A stretch of 64,000 nt of DNA from Candidatus Iainarchaeum sp. (GCA_043809245.1 JAZDDZ010000008.1:1-64000), one strand, 5' to 3'; counted from the first letter of the stretch, positions 16,449-27,397 are shown. Numbers and translations are program-made. The notes: generated by a model not told the origin, from the sequence alone.

Positions 16449-19400
16449 TTATTTCACTAACTGTGATTCAACGCATTTAGTTGCAGGGGTTATTTCGCTC
16501 GGGTAATATTTTTCAAGTTCCGAGTAAAGGAATTCTGTGTTCCACCAGAAATTAACGCGGTTTTCGGAGATGCCCGCGCATGCTTTTCCATTGGATACAA
16601 GGCTGAAAATATTTTCCAAAGAGTCAATGCTTATCCCGAGCCTTCCGTTTTCCTCAATGGGGGCAGTGAAACGCAGGTCAAAGGGAACAGTGTTCTGGTT
16701 CACTAAATTGCCCTGAGGTGAAATGATTGTCTCATTGTTGCAGGAAGCGTAAAGCTGTATTTTCTGGTTTTTTGGCGTGAAGAAAATTGATTTAAGGTAA
16801 ATGTAGTCATTTGGTTCGGCGTTGCCCCATGCAAATCCCCTGAGTGCGCTATCCGCTTCGTTTAAGCCCTGGCAGCCAAAAGAGAAATTGCCAAGCGGGT
16901 AATCGTTTCTCTCATAGAAAAGGTAGTTGCCAGTAAAGTCAAGGCATGCATCTGATTCAATGTTTCTCACAGTTGAAGCAGCGCCATCCCAAAGGCTGGT
17001 GTAAGAGCCCAATTCAATGGGTATTGTTTTCCCGTATTCCTTCAAGTGATAGAATGCGCCTGCTTCGCCGCTTGCATTTGCCTTTAACTTCATTGCAACA
17101 GGCGTTGCATCGCTTGGGGAAAACTTGAATGAAACAGGCCCGTTTGCAGAATTCATTGTGATTAATGCAAGGCTTCCCCTGTTTGTTTTGTTTGTCGTTG
17201 TAAAGTCGTTTATGTACTTTGCCTGCACGCTTGCAAGGCCTGTTCCTCCTGGCTTGGTTTCAATTTCCTCGAGGTTGCCTGAGGAAAAGCTTCTTATCGG
17301 CAGCGCGTCACCGCTGTAAGAGGAGCCATAGCCTTCCCTTAAGAGAACACCGTTTTGTTCGCCGATCATTGAATCAAATGGCATGAAGTAAAGCGGGTTT
17401 GCGTCCTTTGATTCCTGGAGGCTGTCAATCTTTACCTTCACTTTAACGTTAGGCGAGTCATCTGATTTGAAGAAGCGGCCTATCTGCCCGTCATCAAATG
17501 AAAGCTCTATGTTCACCGAGTAAAGCCCTGGTGCGGGCAAGGGCGACACATTATAGCGGGGATTATTTTCAGGCGCCTGCATTGAAGTGAAAACAAACCT
17601 TGTTGAATCGGAGAAAACCCTTGAAAAAGCCCTTGAGCCCGAGACAAACCACTGGTTTGGCCCGAAAAAATCCCTGTTAACAGCGGAGTAAGTGAAGTCA
17701 GCCTGGAAGTCAGGCGAAAATCCATCCTTCATAAGGTATGCCTGGAAGTGAAGCAAGGGGTCAATTTGCCCAATGTTTCCATCAGCGTACAGTGCTTCAA
17801 CCATCTGGAGTTTTTTGAGAACTTCAATTGTGAACTGAGTTGAATCGCAGTAAACAAATCCGGGATTGGAGTAATCGCATGTGCCAATCGGAATGTTCTG
17901 CCACAGCCAGCTTAGTTTCAGGCGCGGCAATGCGTTTTCTCCAGTGAAGCCAATTTCATCGTTCACGCCGTAACACGTGTTTTCTGTTCCTGCTTCAAGT
18001 TTCACGTGGAATTTTTCGGATTCAGTGCCGTATTTCGGCGGGCAGCTTGAATCGCATTTTCCATCCATGTCATAGTCAACGCAGGCGTAAAGGTCTGCGC
18101 CCTGCTTCAGGATAAGCACGCGGTTTTCATCCGTTGAATAATTTGCCTCGCATCCCGGGGAAATGGTTGCAAAGTCAAGGATTTTTTTTGAAGGAGTCCT
18201 GTCGTCTTCAGTGCAAAGCGTTGCAATGCCGCTCACCGTGCTCAGCCCGATTGGCGCTTCATTGTAATCGGGAACCGGCGCAGGAGTGATTGAGCCTCTT
18301 TTTAATGCATTGAATGCAATGCAGTAATAGGTTCCCCCTGCCTTTGGGCTTGCAATGTAATCCCAGTTATCATAAGTGTAGACATCGTTGTGGCAGTACA
18401 CTTCAGCGCTTTCATTGCGGCTGCTGGTTCCGCCGCTGAAACCCACATAAGTTCTTGTGTCCTTGAATGCCTCGCGCACCCAGATGCGCGGCGTGTCATT
18501 CAACTGGCTTATCTCCGCTTTTGCCTGCCCGCTTTCATCGGTCGGCCCGAAAGTGTGCCAGCCGCTTCCCGCAATTCCAACAGTGTCCTTTGGCTTTGAA
18601 ACTCCGTCATAGCCCCACTGGAAACTCCAGCCGCTTTCAACGCGGCAGCCTGGATGGGTTTTAAGGAAATCAATCGCAGTGTTTTTTGTTATGTCTGGGC
18701 CGCCTGCGCCCCAGTTCGGGAGGTCGCTTTCATGACTGCATAGTATCTTGGTTGCAATTATTGTGGCATTGCTGTTTGGCGGAGCTGAACAGCCTGAAAG
18801 GCTCCATTCAAAAGTAATGTCGTTGACGTTTCCTGTTGGCTTCCTGTCGCTGTGGTCTTCAACTGAAAGCAAGGCATACTGTGTTGAGGGAAGCCCTGTG
18901 TTGACAGCATCAAAGGCTATTTCGCTTCCCAAGTCAACGTCTTTTCCCTTAAACCTTCCAAAAACCCTGCCTTTAACTTCAAAGTTGTTTGTGCTTTTCT
19001 TGGTTATCGTCAGGCTTGAGGGGTCAATCCATGAAACAACAAGGCCGTTTGAATTGTTTTCAACTGAAACGCTTACCTGCTGGACTGTTGCATCAGCAAT
19101 TGTGGTGAATGAAAAATTTATTTCCCCAAGGTCATAGGTTATGTCCTGCGGCTGCACAAGGCGAACCATTTTTGGCGTGCTGCCGAATTCCTCGTTCACG
19201 ACTGCGCGGGTGAATTTTGCCTCAACCAATGGCTTGAAGAAAGCATAGCCTTCGGCTGCATCATCCAATGAGAATTCAAGGTAATCGGATCCGCTGTGGC
19301 TCACTGAAACAGTGGGCTGCCTGTTTGCCTGCTGTGCGGTGAGCCTTGCCTCAACAATGCCGTTTAAGCCTAACCATTCTTCATTGCCGTAATTCGCAAC

Positions 19401-22400
19401 GTTTCCGCTGAATGAAGGGGAGAAAGCAAATGGCTGCGCGCTTATTGTGTGCGTGTTTTTCCATTCATCCGTGCTTGAGTCGGGAGCGCCGAATCCGCTC
19501 AACGTGAATGAACCATCGGGGTTTAACCTGAATGTTCCCTTTGAGTCAAGGACCTCGAAAAGGTTTTGCTGTGAAAAATTCTCAAGGTTAAGCAGTTCAA
19601 CCCAATCGCTTACGTATGTTCCGCCTGCTGCGACCCTTGCATTTGCCTTCCATTTAAATTCATAAGTCAATGGAATCTGCGGCTTGGCGTAATCAGCTGC
19701 GGCGTGATGAGTGTCAAACTCTATGTCTGGAATGAACGGGTTCTGCACATACGCATAGCATTTGTTTGAAATGACTGCTGAATCGCTTGAATGCAGCAGG
19801 TCAAAGGAAGTCTTGTTTATGCTGAAGCAGCTGTTCGGGTCTGTTATGTACACTGTCAGTTCGTTCACGTCATAGAATTCCGTGTCAGAGGGAAACTTTG
19901 CCTTAACGTAAACAGGGTATTCCCCTAAAAACTTGTCAGCGGAGACAAGCACGTTTTTTGCGTCTGTTGGCGCGAGCGTGAAGCCTACGGAATCAAGTGT
20001 GAGTTCGCTTTGCAGTTGGAATGAAACGCTTTGCGCGCATCCCTGTGCCCTGACAGTGAAGTTTTCCTTCAGGCCCCTCAAAGTATTAACTTCACCTGGG
20101 TTAATGCTCACGCAGTTAAACCTTCCCGCAGGGGGAATAATGAAACTTGATTCAACTGGAATGCTTTTTGCTTTTCCGTTATAGCCTGCCTTTGATGCCT
20201 TGACGTAAACTGTTGTGTCAGCGGAAAGCGCAGGCAACTGGAAGCCAATGAAGCCGCTTGAATCCGTTGTTCCAATGAATTCCGGGGAAGTGAATGAATC
20301 ATCCCCTATGTCAACGGAAATGCTTGCACCTGAAATCCTCTGCCCTGTGGAGGCGTCCTTTAATTGTATGTTAAGGATGTTTGAAATCCCTGGAACCAGA
20401 GATGAAGGGTAAACGAATAGGTTCAGGTCGTTTTTTGCCTTTACATTGAAATCGTAAACAGCGTTGTTGTCCTCGGCGTTAACGCTTAATGCAAGCGAAA
20501 GCCTTGAAAGCGTTGACTGCTTTAACGCGCTTAACTCCGCTTTTGCGTTAAAGCTTGCGCCGAATTCAAGGGATGCGATTGAAACACTGGAAGGCGTTGC
20601 CTCTATTGCTGTGTTGTCGTTCAGCAATTCAAGCACTATGCCTGAAAAATTTTCCTTTCCCTTTGCCCTGTTGAATACAGTGAAGTCAAGTTCGTATGGA
20701 ATGTCCTGCCATAGCTCCACTTCCTTTCCCTGTTCTAATGCAATAGGCAGGGGGAATTGCGTTCCGCTTTTGTCTGTGAGTATTGCGGTAAATACAAATT
20801 CAGGGCAGCCTGCGCCGGAACAGTCAATTGGCTGGCCTAAAACGAAAACAGTTTTATAAAGCTTTTCCGACGATTCCTCGGGCGAAGGCCGCCTTATTTC
20901 CGCGCCACCATTGGTTAAGCCTTTCAGGCCGTAGCGCAGTTCAATTACCTCGTCTTTCTGCGCAGTGCTTTTAATGAATGCCTCTGCCTCAAAGTAATAG
21001 ATTCCTTTTCCCAGCCCCCCTAAGTCAAGCCTTGCCTGTTTTGCGTCTCCATCCGTCAGGTTTTCGTCCACGTAAGGGTCAAGGGAATTAAAGCCATAGG
21101 AATGGAATGCGCCGCCTTTTGGTGAAACAATTTTCCTTAAAACCATTTTAGACTGCGAGGCATTCAGCTGGCTTTCAAGGCCGCTTCTCACAACTGATTG
21201 AACGTTGCTGTAGGAATCATCCGGCACGACTAACTTGAATTCAAAGAAATAAGTTGAATTTTTATTCAAGGAAGTTGCGGGCTTCCTGTCCTGTTTCAAT
21301 ATGCTGTCAAGAACTATTGCCGGCCTGTCAAAGGCGCTTTCCGGTTCAAGGTAAACTGTTGCCAGGAGGTTTGCATCAGGCGATAAGGTGAAGGGAAGCG
21401 TTGTCACCGGGTAAAACCCTTCTTTGCTTACAACAATGTATGGCTTTTTGTTCCATTTGATTGACTCTGAAACGAAACCGCTTGCAGGAGTGCCTTTCTG
21501 TGAAATGTTTTCATCGCTTCCGAAGTCAAAAAATTCAACTTTTGCCCCGGCAACAGGCCTGTTGTTCGCCTTTTCCAAAACCCTTACGTTTAGCTTTGCT
21601 TCTTTCAGCACAAGCACGACTTCAAGGCCAACTGATGCCCCTAAAACAAGTGACTTGTGCTCTGATTCTCCCGCTTCTCCGAACTCCTCAAGCTCTGCCT
21701 TTGCATAATATGTGCCTGAGGGAAGGTTTGCAAAGCTTTTCATTCCATTGCTGCCGGTTATTCCCTGCGCCACAAAAAAAGAATAGCGGGTGTCATAAAG
21801 GCTTACTTTTGCGCCTTCCAAAAACTTGCCTTCAAAGCTTTTCACTGAAACATTTGCGCCGCTTGAATTGTTTGAATCAGGCGGCACGCTTGCCTTTGCC
21901 AAAATCACGTTGAATGCAGTGGAGTCCCCCGCGCCAATAAGCGGCACGTTTGGCACTGCCTTTAAAACAAAATCGGGATGGGACGCGGAAATGCTGTAGC
22001 TTTTGTTTTCATCAAGGTTCCTGAACTCCAGCATTCCCTTCAGGTCAGAGGAGCCTTCGCTTACAGGCGCGTCCCCTTCAAAAAGGATTGCGTGTGCATC
22101 CACTATTGCTTGCCCGAGTTCATCGGAGAAAAACAGCCTGATTTTTTTTCCGGGAACAATGTTTTTTGAAAGCAAGATTTCTGCCCGCTCAGCCTGGTTT
22201 GCTGCAAGCATTATTGTTCCTGAGCTATCCGGGCCATATGCCGCGCTTTCATCGCTTGCCCTCGCGTAATATGTGCCTGGCGCCAAATCAAATTCCGCTG
22301 AACCGCTTTCATCCGTTGAATCAGCTGCCTTGGTTATGTTTTCCGAGGAATAAATTGAAACCCTTATGTCAGGCAAGGCACCCATTGCCTCAGAGTCTTT

Positions 22401-23159
22401 TACTGTTACGATTATTTTTCCCTTTTCAACTTTTTTCTTTGTAAGGCAAACGCTTTGCCTTTCACTTAACAATGAACGGTCACTCCCATCATAGCCAGAT
22501 GAACTGACAAATGCCTTCAGCACACCGCAGTCTTCGGGTGGAAGAACCTCTATTTTTCCATTGGCTGTTGTAATGCTGCTTGGCGCCTTTCCTTTTCCAC
22601 TGCATGAAAAGCTCACGTTAACTGTTCCCTTCAGCAATCCGCTGCAGTTTGATTCCGAGTCATAAATTTCCAAAAGCGTTTTTGCCTGCAGTGCAGCTGT
22701 TTCAGGATCAAGGGTTATATTGTTCACGCCTTTTGCCTGCGCCTGAAAATATTCCTTGTAATGCTTGAATCCGTCTTCCGAAATGTCCACAAAAATGTTC
22801 AGGTCCCTTGCGTTTACCGTGAATTCACCTAAACTATTTGTTGTTTTTTCAACTGTTTTCTGGTCAAAGCCAAGAGTTACATCAACACCAGCCAAAGGGT
22901 TTGAGTCACTGCCCAAAACCTTAAACCTTAAAGCAGTTTCCCCGCCACCGAGAAGCCAGGGCAGGCCAAATAAAAGCAATAGGATAATAACGACTACCAG
23001 CAGGCAGGCAAGGGGAAAAGACGGAACTGCCTCGTCAACCGGGTCAACGACCTTGTATACCGGCAGGCGCTCATTCACCTTGTCAAGAAAAGCGTAATAC
23101 TTGTCCTCAAAGAAATAATAAACGCCTTTCAGCCCTTCGGTTACCTGGCTTAAATCCAT
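16449..23159 (-). CDS. Very large membrane-anchored surface protein with beta-sandwich repeats
   Basis: N-terminal TM helix; repeated prealbumin/carboxypeptidase-regulatory-like units (TDESG...LAPGTYYA); paired Cys residues. Confidence 0.8.
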   Translation of the reverse strand: MDLSQVTEGLKGVYYFFEDKYYAFLDKVNERLPVYKVVDPVDEAVPSFPLACLLVVVIILLLLFGLPWLLGGGETALRFKVLGSDSNPLAGVDVTLGFDQKTVEKTTNSLGEFTVNARDLNIFVDISEDGFKHYKEYFQAQAKGVNNITLDPETAALQAKTLLEIYDSESNCSGLLKGTVNVSFSCSGKGKAPSSITTANGKIEVLPPEDCGVLKAFVSSSGYDGSDRSLLSERQSVCLTKKKVEKGKIIVTVKDSEAMGALPDIRVSIYSSENITKAADSTDESGSAEFDLAPGTYYARASDESAAYGPDSSGTIMLAANQAERAEILLSKNIVPGKKIRLFFSDELGQAIVDAHAILFEGDAPVSEGSSDLKGMLEFRNLDENKSYSISASHPDFVLKAVPNVPLIGAGDSTAFNVILAKASVPPDSNNSSGANVSVKSFEGKFLEGAKVSLYDTRYSFFVAQGITGSNGMKSFANLPSGTYYAKAELEEFGEAGESEHKSLVLGASVGLEVVLVLKEAKLNVRVLEKANNRPVAGAKVEFFDFGSDENISQKGTPASGFVSESIKWNKKPYIVVSKEGFYPVTTLPFTLSPDANLLATVYLEPESAFDRPAIVLDSILKQDRKPATSLNKNSTYFFEFKLVVPDDSYSNVQSVVRSGLESQLNASQSKMVLRKIVSPKGGAFHSYGFNSLDPYVDENLTDGDAKQARLDLGGLGKGIYYFEAEAFIKSTAQKDEVIELRYGLKGLTNGGAEIRRPSPEESSEKLYKTVFVLGQPIDCSGAGCPEFVFTAILTDKSGTQFPLPIALEQGKEVELWQDIPYELDFTVFNRAKGKENFSGIVLELLNDNTAIEATPSSVSIASLEFGASFNAKAELSALKQSTLSRLSLALSVNAEDNNAVYDFNVKAKNDLNLFVYPSSLVPGISNILNIQLKDASTGQRISGASISVDIGDDSFTSPEFIGTTDSSGFIGFQLPALSADTTVYVKASKAGYNGKAKSIPVESSFIIPPAGRFNCVSINPGEVNTLRGLKENFTVRAQGCAQSVSFQLQSELTLDSVGFTLAPTDAKNVLVSADKFLGEYPVYVKAKFPSDTEFYDVNELTVYITDPNSCFSINKTSFDLLHSSDSAVISNKCYAYVQNPFIPDIEFDTHHAAADYAKPQIPLTYEFKWKANARVAAGGTYVSDWVELLNLENFSQQNLFEVLDSKGTFRLNPDGSFTLSGFGAPDSSTDEWKNTHTISAQPFAFSPSFSGNVANYGNEEWLGLNGIVEARLTAQQANRQPTVSVSHSGSDYLEFSLDDAAEGYAFFKPLVEAKFTRAVVNEEFGSTPKMVRLVQPQDITYDLGEINFSFTTIADATVQQVSVSVENNSNGLVVSWIDPSSLTITKKSTNNFEVKGRVFGRFKGKDVDLGSEIAFDAVNTGLPSTQYALLSVEDHSDRKPTGNVNDITFEWSLSGCSAPPNSNATIIATKILCSHESDLPNWGAGGPDITKNTAIDFLKTHPGCRVESGWSFQWGYDGVSKPKDTVGIAGSGWHTFGPTDESGQAKAEISQLNDTPRIWVREAFKDTRTYVGFSGGTSSRNESAEVYCHNDVYTYDNWDYIASPKAGGTYYCIAFNALKRGSITPAPVPDYNEAPIGLSTVSGIATLCTEDDRTPSKKILDFATISPGCEANYSTDENRVLILKQGADLYACVDYDMDGKCDSSCPPKYGTESEKFHVKLEAGTENTCYGVNDEIGFTGENALPRLKLSWLWQNIPIGTCDYSNPGFVYCDSTQFTIEVLKKLQMVEALYADGNIGQIDPLLHFQAYLMKDGFSPDFQADFTYSAVNRDFFGPNQWFVSGSRAFSRVFSDSTRFVFTSMQAPENNPRYNVSPLPAPGLYSVNIELSFDDGQIGRFFKSDDSPNVKVKVKIDSLQESKDANPLYFMPFDSMIGEQNGVLLREGYGSSYSGDALPIRSFSSGNLEEIETKPGGTGLASVQAKYINDFTTTNKTNRGSLALITMNSANGPVSFKFSPSDATPVAMKLKANASGEAGAFYHLKEYGKTIPIELGSYTSLWDGAASTVRNIESDACLDFTGNYLFYERNDYPLGNFSFGCQGLNEADSALRGFAWGNAEPNDYIYLKSIFFTPKNQKIQLYASCNNETIISPQGNLVNQNTVPFDLRFTAPIEENGRLGISIDSLENIFSLVSNGKACAGISENRVNFWWNTEFLYSELEKYYPSEITPATKCVESQLVK

Positions 23160-23225
23160 TAGAATCTCTAATTATAAGGAATATTTGATTAATAAATGTT
23201 TTCCCGCAAGTTTTTTGGCGGAAAT

Positions 23226-24476
23226 TCATGTCCCCTCATCCCAAGAGGAAAGGTATTTTTTCTGCTCCTGCGTCAGCTCGTCCTTTCGCCAGCCCAATGC
23301 ATTCAACTGCAGCTGCGCTATTTCACTGTCAACCCTTTCAGGCAGCACATGCACTCCCGCCTGCAATTTGTTTTTCACGCCGAATTCAACTGCAAGCGCC
23401 TGCCCGCAAAAACTCAGGGACATGACTTCGCTTGGATGCCCTTCCGCAGCCGCAAGGTTAACCAATCTTCCTTCGCCGCACAAGTAAACCTTTCTCCCGT
23501 TAGGCAAAACGTATTCGTCCAGCTGCCATCTCACGCGCCTCTTTGACTTCGCTTTTTCCTCCAATGCCTTGACATCAATTTCAACATCAAAGTGCCCTGA
23601 ATTCGCGAGAATTGCACCGCTTTTCATCTGCTGGATGTGCTCAAAGCGAATAACATGCTTGTCTCCTGTAACAGTTGAAAAAATGTCGCCTATCTTTGCC
23701 GCTTCCGCCATTGGCATCAGGCGATGGCCATCCATTTGCGCCTGCAGTGCCTTAAGCGGTTCCACTTCGCAGACAATTACGTTTGCACCCATTCCCTTTG
23801 CCCTTTGCGCAACGCCTTTTCCGCACGAGCCATAGCCGCATACAACAAAGTTTTTTCCCGCAATCAGGACATTTGTCGCCCTTAGAATTCCGTCAATTGT
23901 GCTCTGGCCTGTTCCATAATAATTGTCAAACAAGTGCTTGGTTTTGTTGTCGTTCACTGCAATGACAGGATACTTTAACGCTTTGTCTTTTTCCATTGCC
24001 CTGAGCCTAATGACGCCAGTAGTTGTTTCCTCTGTTCCTACAATCAATTCCTTTAACAGCTCGGTTCGCTTTGTGTGAATCTCCATGATAAGGTCTGCGC
24101 CGTCGTCAATTGTTGCATTGGGCTTGAAATCCAAAACCTTGTTCAAATACTCGTAATACTCTTCGCGTGTTTCGCCTTTTTTCGCGTAAACCTTTACGCC
24201 TTCCTTTGCAAGCGCAGCAGCAACATCGTCCTGCGTGCTCAATGGATTGCAGCCAGTGATTGCCACCTTTGCGCCGCCTGCCTCAAGCGTTCTAACCAAG
24301 TTAGCGGTTTCTTTTGTCACATGCAAAGCCATTCCAATGCGCAGGCCTTTCAATGGCTTTTCTTTTTCAAAGCGCTTTTTGACTTCCATCAATGCGCCCA
24401 TCTGGCCTTCCGCGTACTCCAAGTTCATTGCGCCTTTTTCCGCCAAAGAAATGTCCTTCACCTTGAATTCAGCCAC
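23226..24476 (-). CDS. ahcY: S-adenosylhomocysteine hydrolase
   Basis: [36 protein letters not shown]. Confidence 0.97.
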   Translation of the reverse strand: MAEFKVKDISLAEKGAMNLEYAEGQMGALMEVKKRFEKEKPLKGLRIGMALHVTKETANLVRTLEAGGAKVAITGCNPLSTQDDVAAALAKEGVKVYAKKGETREEYYEYLNKVLDFKPNATIDDGADLIMEIHTKRTELLKELIVGTEETTTGVIRLRAMEKDKALKYPVIAVNDNKTKHLFDNYYGTGQSTIDGILRATNVLIAGKNFVVCGYGSCGKGVAQRAKGMGANVIVCEVEPLKALQAQMDGHRLMPMAEAAKIGDIFSTVTGDKHVIRFEHIQQMKSGAILANSGHFDVEIDVKALEEKAKSKRRVRWQLDEYVLPNGRKVYLCGEGRLVNLAAAEGHPSEVMSLSFCGQALAVEFGVKNKLQAGVHVLPERVDSEIAQLQLNALGWRKDELTQEQKKYLSSWDEGT

Positions 24477-24575
24477 AATAATACCTCCGAATTAGCAATA
24501 ACAATTTGGAAAAGAAAGGGTTTTTAATGGATTACCGCAAAATACCGCACAAAAAGTAATAAATATTGTTTTTAG

Positions 24576-24914
24576 ATGTCTTTATGTATGAGAGTTTGGG
24601 TAATTCTGAATCTTATCTTCAGCGTATGGATTTTTTCAATTGGACTTGATTTGTTTTATGCTACTGCTGGGAACGCTTTGGCAGCAGTATATGTTGTCGT
24701 TGGAATCATAATATTCGGAGCTACAACTGCTTTAATAAAGAAAAACAATTGGCCTGCTTATTTAACAACAGGGGGATTTATTGCTATGGTGCTACTTTCG
24801 GCATATAGCGGGAACGCGTTTTTGGAAACTGCCTCAGCCATAATGGCAATTTACAATTTTACTCTTCTCGACTGGGTAGCTAAAAAAATTAAGCGAGAAA
24901 ATTTATCCATTTAA
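24576..24914 (+). CDS. Small membrane protein (4 TM)
   Basis: Hydrophobic helices; AT-rich. Confidence 0.65.
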   Translation: MSLCMRVWVILNLIFSVWIFSIGLDLFYATAGNALAAVYVVVGIIIFGATTALIKKNNWPAYLTTGGFIAMVLLSAYSGNAFLETASAIMAIYNFTLLDWVAKKIKRENLSI

Positions 24915-24935
24915 CAGGAACTCGTATTCGGTTTA

Positions 24936-25691
24936 TTACCTTTTAAAATTCCACTCCCTCTGCGAAAACCTCTCCCGCGCGATTTTTTCCGCCAAAGCGC
25001 TTTCTTCAGCAGTTAATGCGCCTTCAACCAATTCAACCGCAAAATTTTCCTCAAATCCCTTGCGCATAGCTGCGGCAACCTTCTCAAAACCAACATCTGC
25101 ACCCGCTTCTTTCTCAACTGATGTCACCCTTTGCTTCACATCCTCAATCATTTTTCCCTTCAGTTTTTCATTTGGCACCTTGAGCAATGAAAACATTTTC
25201 TCCACGTCCACTTTCAGAATAATCGTTCCATGCTGCAAAACCTTTCCTTCGCGCCTTGTCTGCGCGTTGCCTGAAATCTTTTTTCCGTTGCAGATAATGT
25301 CGTTTAAGGGCGCGAAAGAGGCAGTCAAGCCAAGTTCCTTAAAGCCCAAAATCAGGGAATCGCATATCTTCCGATAAGAGTCCAGAATATTCCCTGGCAC
25401 AACCCCACTTTTTTCCGAGCAAACAAAACTGTAGGTCAGTTCAGAGTCATGGAACACCGCGCCGCCCCCAGTAATTCTTCTGACAAAATCAACACCAAGC
25501 TCTTTGCATTTCTGCAAATCCACTTCTTCTTCAAGCGACTGGAAATAACCGATTGAAATCGCGCTTGGTTTCCAGCCATAAAACCTAACAACAGCGCCGT
25601 CGCCTGCATGCAGGCGCATTACCGCTTCATCAATTGACATGTTTTTTGCCGCGGAATTAAAGCCAGTGGAAAGGAACCGCCATTCAGCCAT
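24936..25691 (-). CDS. lplA: Lipoate-protein ligase A, catalytic subunit
   Basis: RRITGGGAVFHD, KISGNAQ, LQHGT; start placed at MAEWRF. Confidence 0.92.
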   Translation of the reverse strand: MAEWRFLSTGFNSAAKNMSIDEAVMRLHAGDGAVVRFYGWKPSAISIGYFQSLEEEVDLQKCKELGVDFVRRITGGGAVFHDSELTYSFVCSEKSGVVPGNILDSYRKICDSLILGFKELGLTASFAPLNDIICNGKKISGNAQTRREGKVLQHGTIILKVDVEKMFSLLKVPNEKLKGKMIEDVKQRVTSVEKEAGADVGFEKVAAAMRKGFEENFAVELVEGALTAEESALAEKIARERFSQREWNFKR

Positions 25692-25998
25692 TTTTTTCAG
25701 CCCCTGAATTTTTTGCCAAAAAAATCGCCTGCACAAGTGAAGCGGAGTCAAAGCCGAACAACTGCAGCGAGTTTTCCTTCACCGCAGAATCAATCGCTTC
25801 CAGCAGAATTTTTTCCTCCAATCCTTTTTCAGCCAGCGCTTTTTCAATCAGCTCAATCCCGTTTTCCGGGTGCAGGAAAAAGTCGCCGGTTATTTTCACG
25901 GAGGAAATTTTTCCATCATCTGACTGCAACGCTATTTTCAGCAGCTTTCCATTGGGCACCTTGAGAATGGATTTATGATTCACTTTTTCACTTCCCAT
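25684..25998 (-). CDS. Lipoate-protein ligase accessory subunit (LplB-like); start may be GTG at 25983
   Basis: KVPNGKLL, KITGDFFLHPE. Confidence 0.85.
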   Translation of the reverse strand: MGSEKVNHKSILKVPNGKLLKIALQSDDGKISSVKITGDFFLHPENGIELIEKALAEKGLEEKILLEAIDSAVKENSLQLFGFDSASLVQAIFLAKNSGAEKNG

Positions 25999-27314
25999 CG
26001 CCCGCCTTTATCTGGCCCAATGCGTTTGAGAATGCCTTTATCTTTGAGCTGCTTTAGATTCCATTCAATTCCTCTTCTGCTCAATTTTGTTTTTTTCGCA
26101 AGCTCTTTTTGTGTTATGGCGGGGTTTTTCCTTATCATGATAATGATTTTCTCCACAGTTTTCTCCACAGTTTTCTCCACAGTTTTCTCCACAGTTTTCA
26201 CTTCTTCTATTTTGGGCCTTGCGAATGTTACCGCAAAGAATGTTGTAAATTCAAATTTTGGTTCCGGAAGACCCGCTTCCCGCATCGCCTTTCGCATTCT
26301 TCCAATTCCTGAACCAACGTGTTCGACCAGTTCCATTTGCTGCAATAAGCTGAACAAAAGAGGGTTTCTTGACAGGCTTCTTTTGCCAAAATCGCTTTCT
26401 TTGATGATCAATCCGCCTGGATTTGAAATTTCCACCCTGTTGTCAAATACGTCTATTTGCGTGACTGCGCCTCTCTCCCCGTAATCCCTGTGGCAGATGG
26501 CATTGATGATTGCTTCCTTTAGCGCTTCTTCGGGAATCTCCAGCATTTCCTGTCGCGGGCCAAAGCCTTTGATTTCGTAACGGAGCTTTAGGTTTCGGTA
26601 AAGAAAGTTGAATGCTTCATTGTAATTGGAAATTACGTCACTCTTGAAATCCTTTTTGTCTATAATGGCGGGTTTATCATTGCCCTTGTAAAGTACGCAA
26701 GTTATGATTCCTTGAGAAATAAATCTTGAAGGGGTTTTTCCAAAAAAGAGGATTGCTGCGTTTTTGAATTTTCCTTTTTGGTTAGTGAGCCCAAGATTGT
26801 AAATCAAATCTTTTTTTGGAATGGTTTTGGATATTTTGGCTTTTTTGAGGAAATCGGTGAATTTTTTTGCCGAAAAATCTTTCATGGAGAAATCACGGTT
26901 AACCATTTCTTCAAACAGGAGTTTGCCGTGCTTGTTGAAAAGTTCCCGTATCTCATCTACTTCAAGTTTTTGGGAGGTTGGGCCAATGCGCAAATAGAAG
27001 CCCTGTGAGCAGCGATGAGGTTTTCTGTCACTTTCTGCCACAGTAACAGTCAGAACGTTCTCGAGTTCTGAGATGCCTATCTGAATTGGCGGGTCGCAGT
27101 TTCTTGCAATGCTTTGCAATTCTGCTTTCAGCCTGTTGTTAATTTCAATTCCCTTGATTTTGTTGTTGTCACTGATTCCGACAAGAATGTGGCCGCCTTC
27201 AGCGTTTGCAAAAGCAACAATATCCTTTTCAATTCCATTCAGGTTTTCCTTGAATTCAGCGCGATAGTCTTCCCCTTTGGCCAAAATAAAATCAAATGTT
27301 TTCCTGTCCATCAA
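25980..27314 (-). CDS. AlbA_2 (Schlafen-like) + RecG-C/HATPase_c_4 + HTH protein
   Basis: EFKE, AFANAEGG, EAIINAICHRDY, ISNPGG, GSGI, GPDKGGRW. Confidence 0.88.
   Translation of the reverse strand: MMDRKTFDFILAKGEDYRAEFKENLNGIEKDIVAFANAEGGHILVGISDNNKIKGIEINNRLKAELQSIARNCDPPIQIGISELENVLTVTVAESDRKPHRCSQGFYLRIGPTSQKLEVDEIRELFNKHGKLLFEEMVNRDFSMKDFSAKKFTDFLKKAKISKTIPKKDLIYNLGLTNQKGKFKNAAILFFGKTPSRFISQGIITCVLYKGNDKPAIIDKKDFKSDVISNYNEAFNFLYRNLKLRYEIKGFGPRQEMLEIPEEALKEAIINAICHRDYGERGAVTQIDVFDNRVEISNPGGLIIKESDFGKRSLSRNPLLFSLLQQMELVEHVGSGIGRMRKAMREAGLPEPKFEFTTFFAVTFARPKIEEVKTVEKTVEKTVEKTVEKIIIMIRKNPAITQKELAKKTKLSRRGIEWNLKQLKDKGILKRIGPDKGGRWEVKK
26149..26196. repeat. 12-bp tandem repeat x4 (KTVE linker)
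   Basis: TTCTCCACAGTT, four exact copies. Confidence 0.95.
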
Positions 27315-27397
27315 ATCATCCTTTTACCAGCATTTGGCTCAAACGATATTTTCAGCAGCTTTCCTTCCGGTACCTTGAAAACGGATTTTCCTAGCAT
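27311..27397 (-). pseudogene. 28-codon remnant of the LplB-like 5' end
   Basis: MLGKSVFKVPEGKLLKISFE versus KSILKVPNGKLLKIALQ; 40/47 nt identical by hand alignment. Confidence 0.75.

Noticed and set aside
16449-23159. Many antisense ORFs in the track, here and elsewhere
   Set aside because: They are shadows of long, well-supported genes and carry no motifs.
24531-24940. ATTACC flanking the small membrane gene
   Set aside because: A 6-bp match is expected by chance.
26149-26196. KTVE x4 repeat as a phase-variation switch
   Set aside because: The 12-bp unit keeps the frame, and such linkers are common before the HTH in this protein family.
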